Of a stretch of DNA of 64,000 bases, positions 62,201 to 64,000 are shown in pieces. Location of the stretch: contig NC_086097.1 in the NCBI RefSeq assembly GCF_963921235.1, forward strand, positions 42,224,001-42,288,000, given 5' to 3'. Numbering within the stretch: position 1 is the first letter of the stretch; each line of letters starts with the position of its first letter. Origin of the DNA: Mobula hypostoma. Taxonomy: Eukaryota. The translations under genes and the position numbers were made by a program. Under the pieces are notes generated by a model. The model saw only the letters and a list, made by a program, of their open reading frames with translations, was not told the origin of the DNA and made no database searches.

Positions 62201-63722
62201 AGGTAGTAAATTGGATTAGACATTGACTTTGTGGAAGAAGGCGGAGAATGGTTGCCTCTCTGACTGTAGAGATGTGACTGGTGCTGTGCTGCGGGACTGA
62301 TGCTGGGTCCTTTATTGTTAGTAGTCATCTATATTCACAGCAGTGGTGAACGAAATTCTTCCGTGAAGTGTTCGGAGTCCCAGGGTAGGTGGGTGGTTAG
62401 ACTCTCTCTTGTTGGGGATGGGTGCTTCCTGACAATTGTGAGGCACAAACGTTCCTTACAATTACTAGTTCACACCCAACGCTAAAAGCGAACTTGCTGG
62501 AGGAACTAAGTCAGTGTTTCAAGTTGAGACCCTTCATCTGAACTGAAAGACAGAGGGAGATAGGCAGTATGAAGAGATGAGGAGAGGGGGTGGAGGAAGA
62601 GCATCATTGAAGGCATCTTCAAAACATAGTGCCTCAAGAAGGTGACATCCATCACTGAGGGGCAACACCATCCACAACATGCTCTCTTCTCGTTGCTGCC
62701 ATCCAGGAGTAGGTATAGAGGCCTGAGGATGCACACTCAATGTTTCAAGAACAGCTCATTGCTAGCGAGTAGGCGGATACAATAGGGTCTTTTAAGAGCT
62801 TCTTGGATAAGTACATGGAACTTAGAAAACTAGAGGGCTATGCGTTAGGGAAATTCTAGGCAGTTTCTAGAGTAGGTTACATGGTTGGCACAACATTGTG
62901 GGCCGAAGGGCCTGTAATGTGCTGTAGATTCATATGTTCTATGTTCTATATCAATGATCTGGATGATAATGCAGTAAACTGGATCAACAAATTTGCGATT
63001 ACATCAAAATTGGGGGTGTAGTGGGAAAATGGCAGAGGGAATTGAATACAGACACTTGTGAAGTATTGTACTTTGTGAGGATCAACCAGGGTAGGTCTTA
63101 CCAGCGAACGGTCGGACACTGAGGAGCGCAGTACAACAGAGGGATCTGAGAATACAGATCCATAATTCCTTGAAAGTGATGTCACAAGCACATAAGGTTG
63201 AAAAGAATGCTTTTGACTCTTTGACATTCATAATCAATGTATTTTGTACAAGAGTTTATGATGTCACATTGAAATTGTATAAGATATTAGTGAAGCCTAA
63301 TCTGGAGGATTATGCAGTTTTGGTCACCTACCTGCAGGAAAGATGTAAAGAAGATTGAAAGAGTGCAGAGAAAATTTACAAGAATGTTTCTAGTACTTAA
63401 GGGCCTGAGTTATTGGAAAAGGTTAGGACGTTATTCCCTAGAACATAGAAGATTGAGGGGAGATTTTATAAAAATGTACAAAATTATGAAGGATAGAAAG
63501 GACAAGTAGGCTTTTTCCACAGAAGTTAGGTGAGACTAAGACAAGAGGTCATGGGTTATGGGTGAAAGGTAAAATTGTCAAGTGGTAGATGCATGGTCAA
63601 TTTCAAGAGAAATTTGGATAGGTACGTGGATGAGAGGGGGATGAAGGGCTGTGGTCTGGGTTCAGTTTAATGGTTAGACACAGGCTAGGGCCTGTTTCTG
63701 TGCTACAGTGTTCTATGACTAT
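59260..63722 (+). mobile_element. Near full-length degraded CR1 LINE: 5' UTR, ORF1 (Zn-finger/zipper + SGNH esterase), ORF2 (APE + RT); interrupted ~62335-62945
   Basis: EMW..PDSCICMKC..VKELELQLDDLW; GEQPEVVVHV.SYDMGR; WCRREGF, DGLH; YFNARS, ISETWL, SDHN, QYGF, RRLRGDFIKMYKIM; tail TTCTATGACTAT. Confidence 0.88.
62490..62945. mobile_element. Mixed insert in CR1: PLE terminal fragment (minus, 62490-62600), Rex1 fragment (62600-62757), CR1 3' end (62765-62945)
   Basis: TGCTGGAGGAACT..TTTCAAGTTGAGACCCTTCATCTG (decayed hammerhead); HHPQHALFSLLPS; CATATGTTCTATGTTCTAT tail. Confidence 0.65.
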
Positions 63723-63726
63723 CTTT

Positions 63727-63945
63727 CCAGGCCATTGGAGCTATGACACCACTAGTCACAACCCTTCAATCTGAATATACTCCCTCCACCACGACCCTCT
63801 GCTTTCTGCAGGCAAGCCAATTCTGAATCCACCTGGCCAAACTTCCCTGGATCCCATGATTTCTGACTTTCTGAATAAGCCTACCGTGTGGAACCTTGTC
63901 AAATGCCTTACTAAAATCCATGTAGATCACATCCACTGCACTACA
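63727..63945 (-). mobile_element. CR1 RT fragment
   Basis: AVDVIYMDFSKAFDKVPHGRLIQKVRNHGIQG. Confidence 0.85.
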
Positions 63946-64000
63946 CAGTGAGATTTCAGTGGAAAGCCCCGAAGAGGGACCAACCACTGAATACTGTACA

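Noticed and set aside
1..64000. Prokaryotic systems (CRISPR array, retron, group II intron, operons) suggested by the many RT ORFs
   Set aside because: No repeat-spacer arrays or gene-dense operons; all RT motifs match eukaryotic CR1, Rex1 or Penelope-like elements and are frameshifted

Overview
Eukaryotic (vertebrate) genomic DNA, not prokaryotic. The repeat mix (CR1 and Rex1/Babar LINEs, tRNA-headed SINEs, Penelope-like elements, hAT transposons) suggests a cartilaginous fish, probably a ray; this assignment is inference. I could not identify a host protein-coding gene, so the window looks intronic or intergenic. Most listed ORFs are broken pieces of LINE reverse transcriptases or endonucleases, or are antisense/low-complexity artefacts. 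The most notable structure is a young Penelope-like (Neptune-type) retroelement at 43525-47280. It is inserted as an inverted pair of ~1.25 kb arms, flanked by a 13-bp target-site duplication (TSD), and each arm carries an intact minimal hammerhead ribozyme motif. Also present: a Buster/Charlie hAT transposon (17960-27809, perfect 8-bp TSD) containing a multi-level stack of nested insertions, an 864-bp solo LTR, an internally deleted hAT that keeps its BED finger and dimerisation domain, non-coding retroelements with Rex1-type tails, and a near full-length degraded CR1 with an esterase-type ORF1. Boundaries of old repeats are approximate (tens of bp), and family names come from motif recognition, not database searches.
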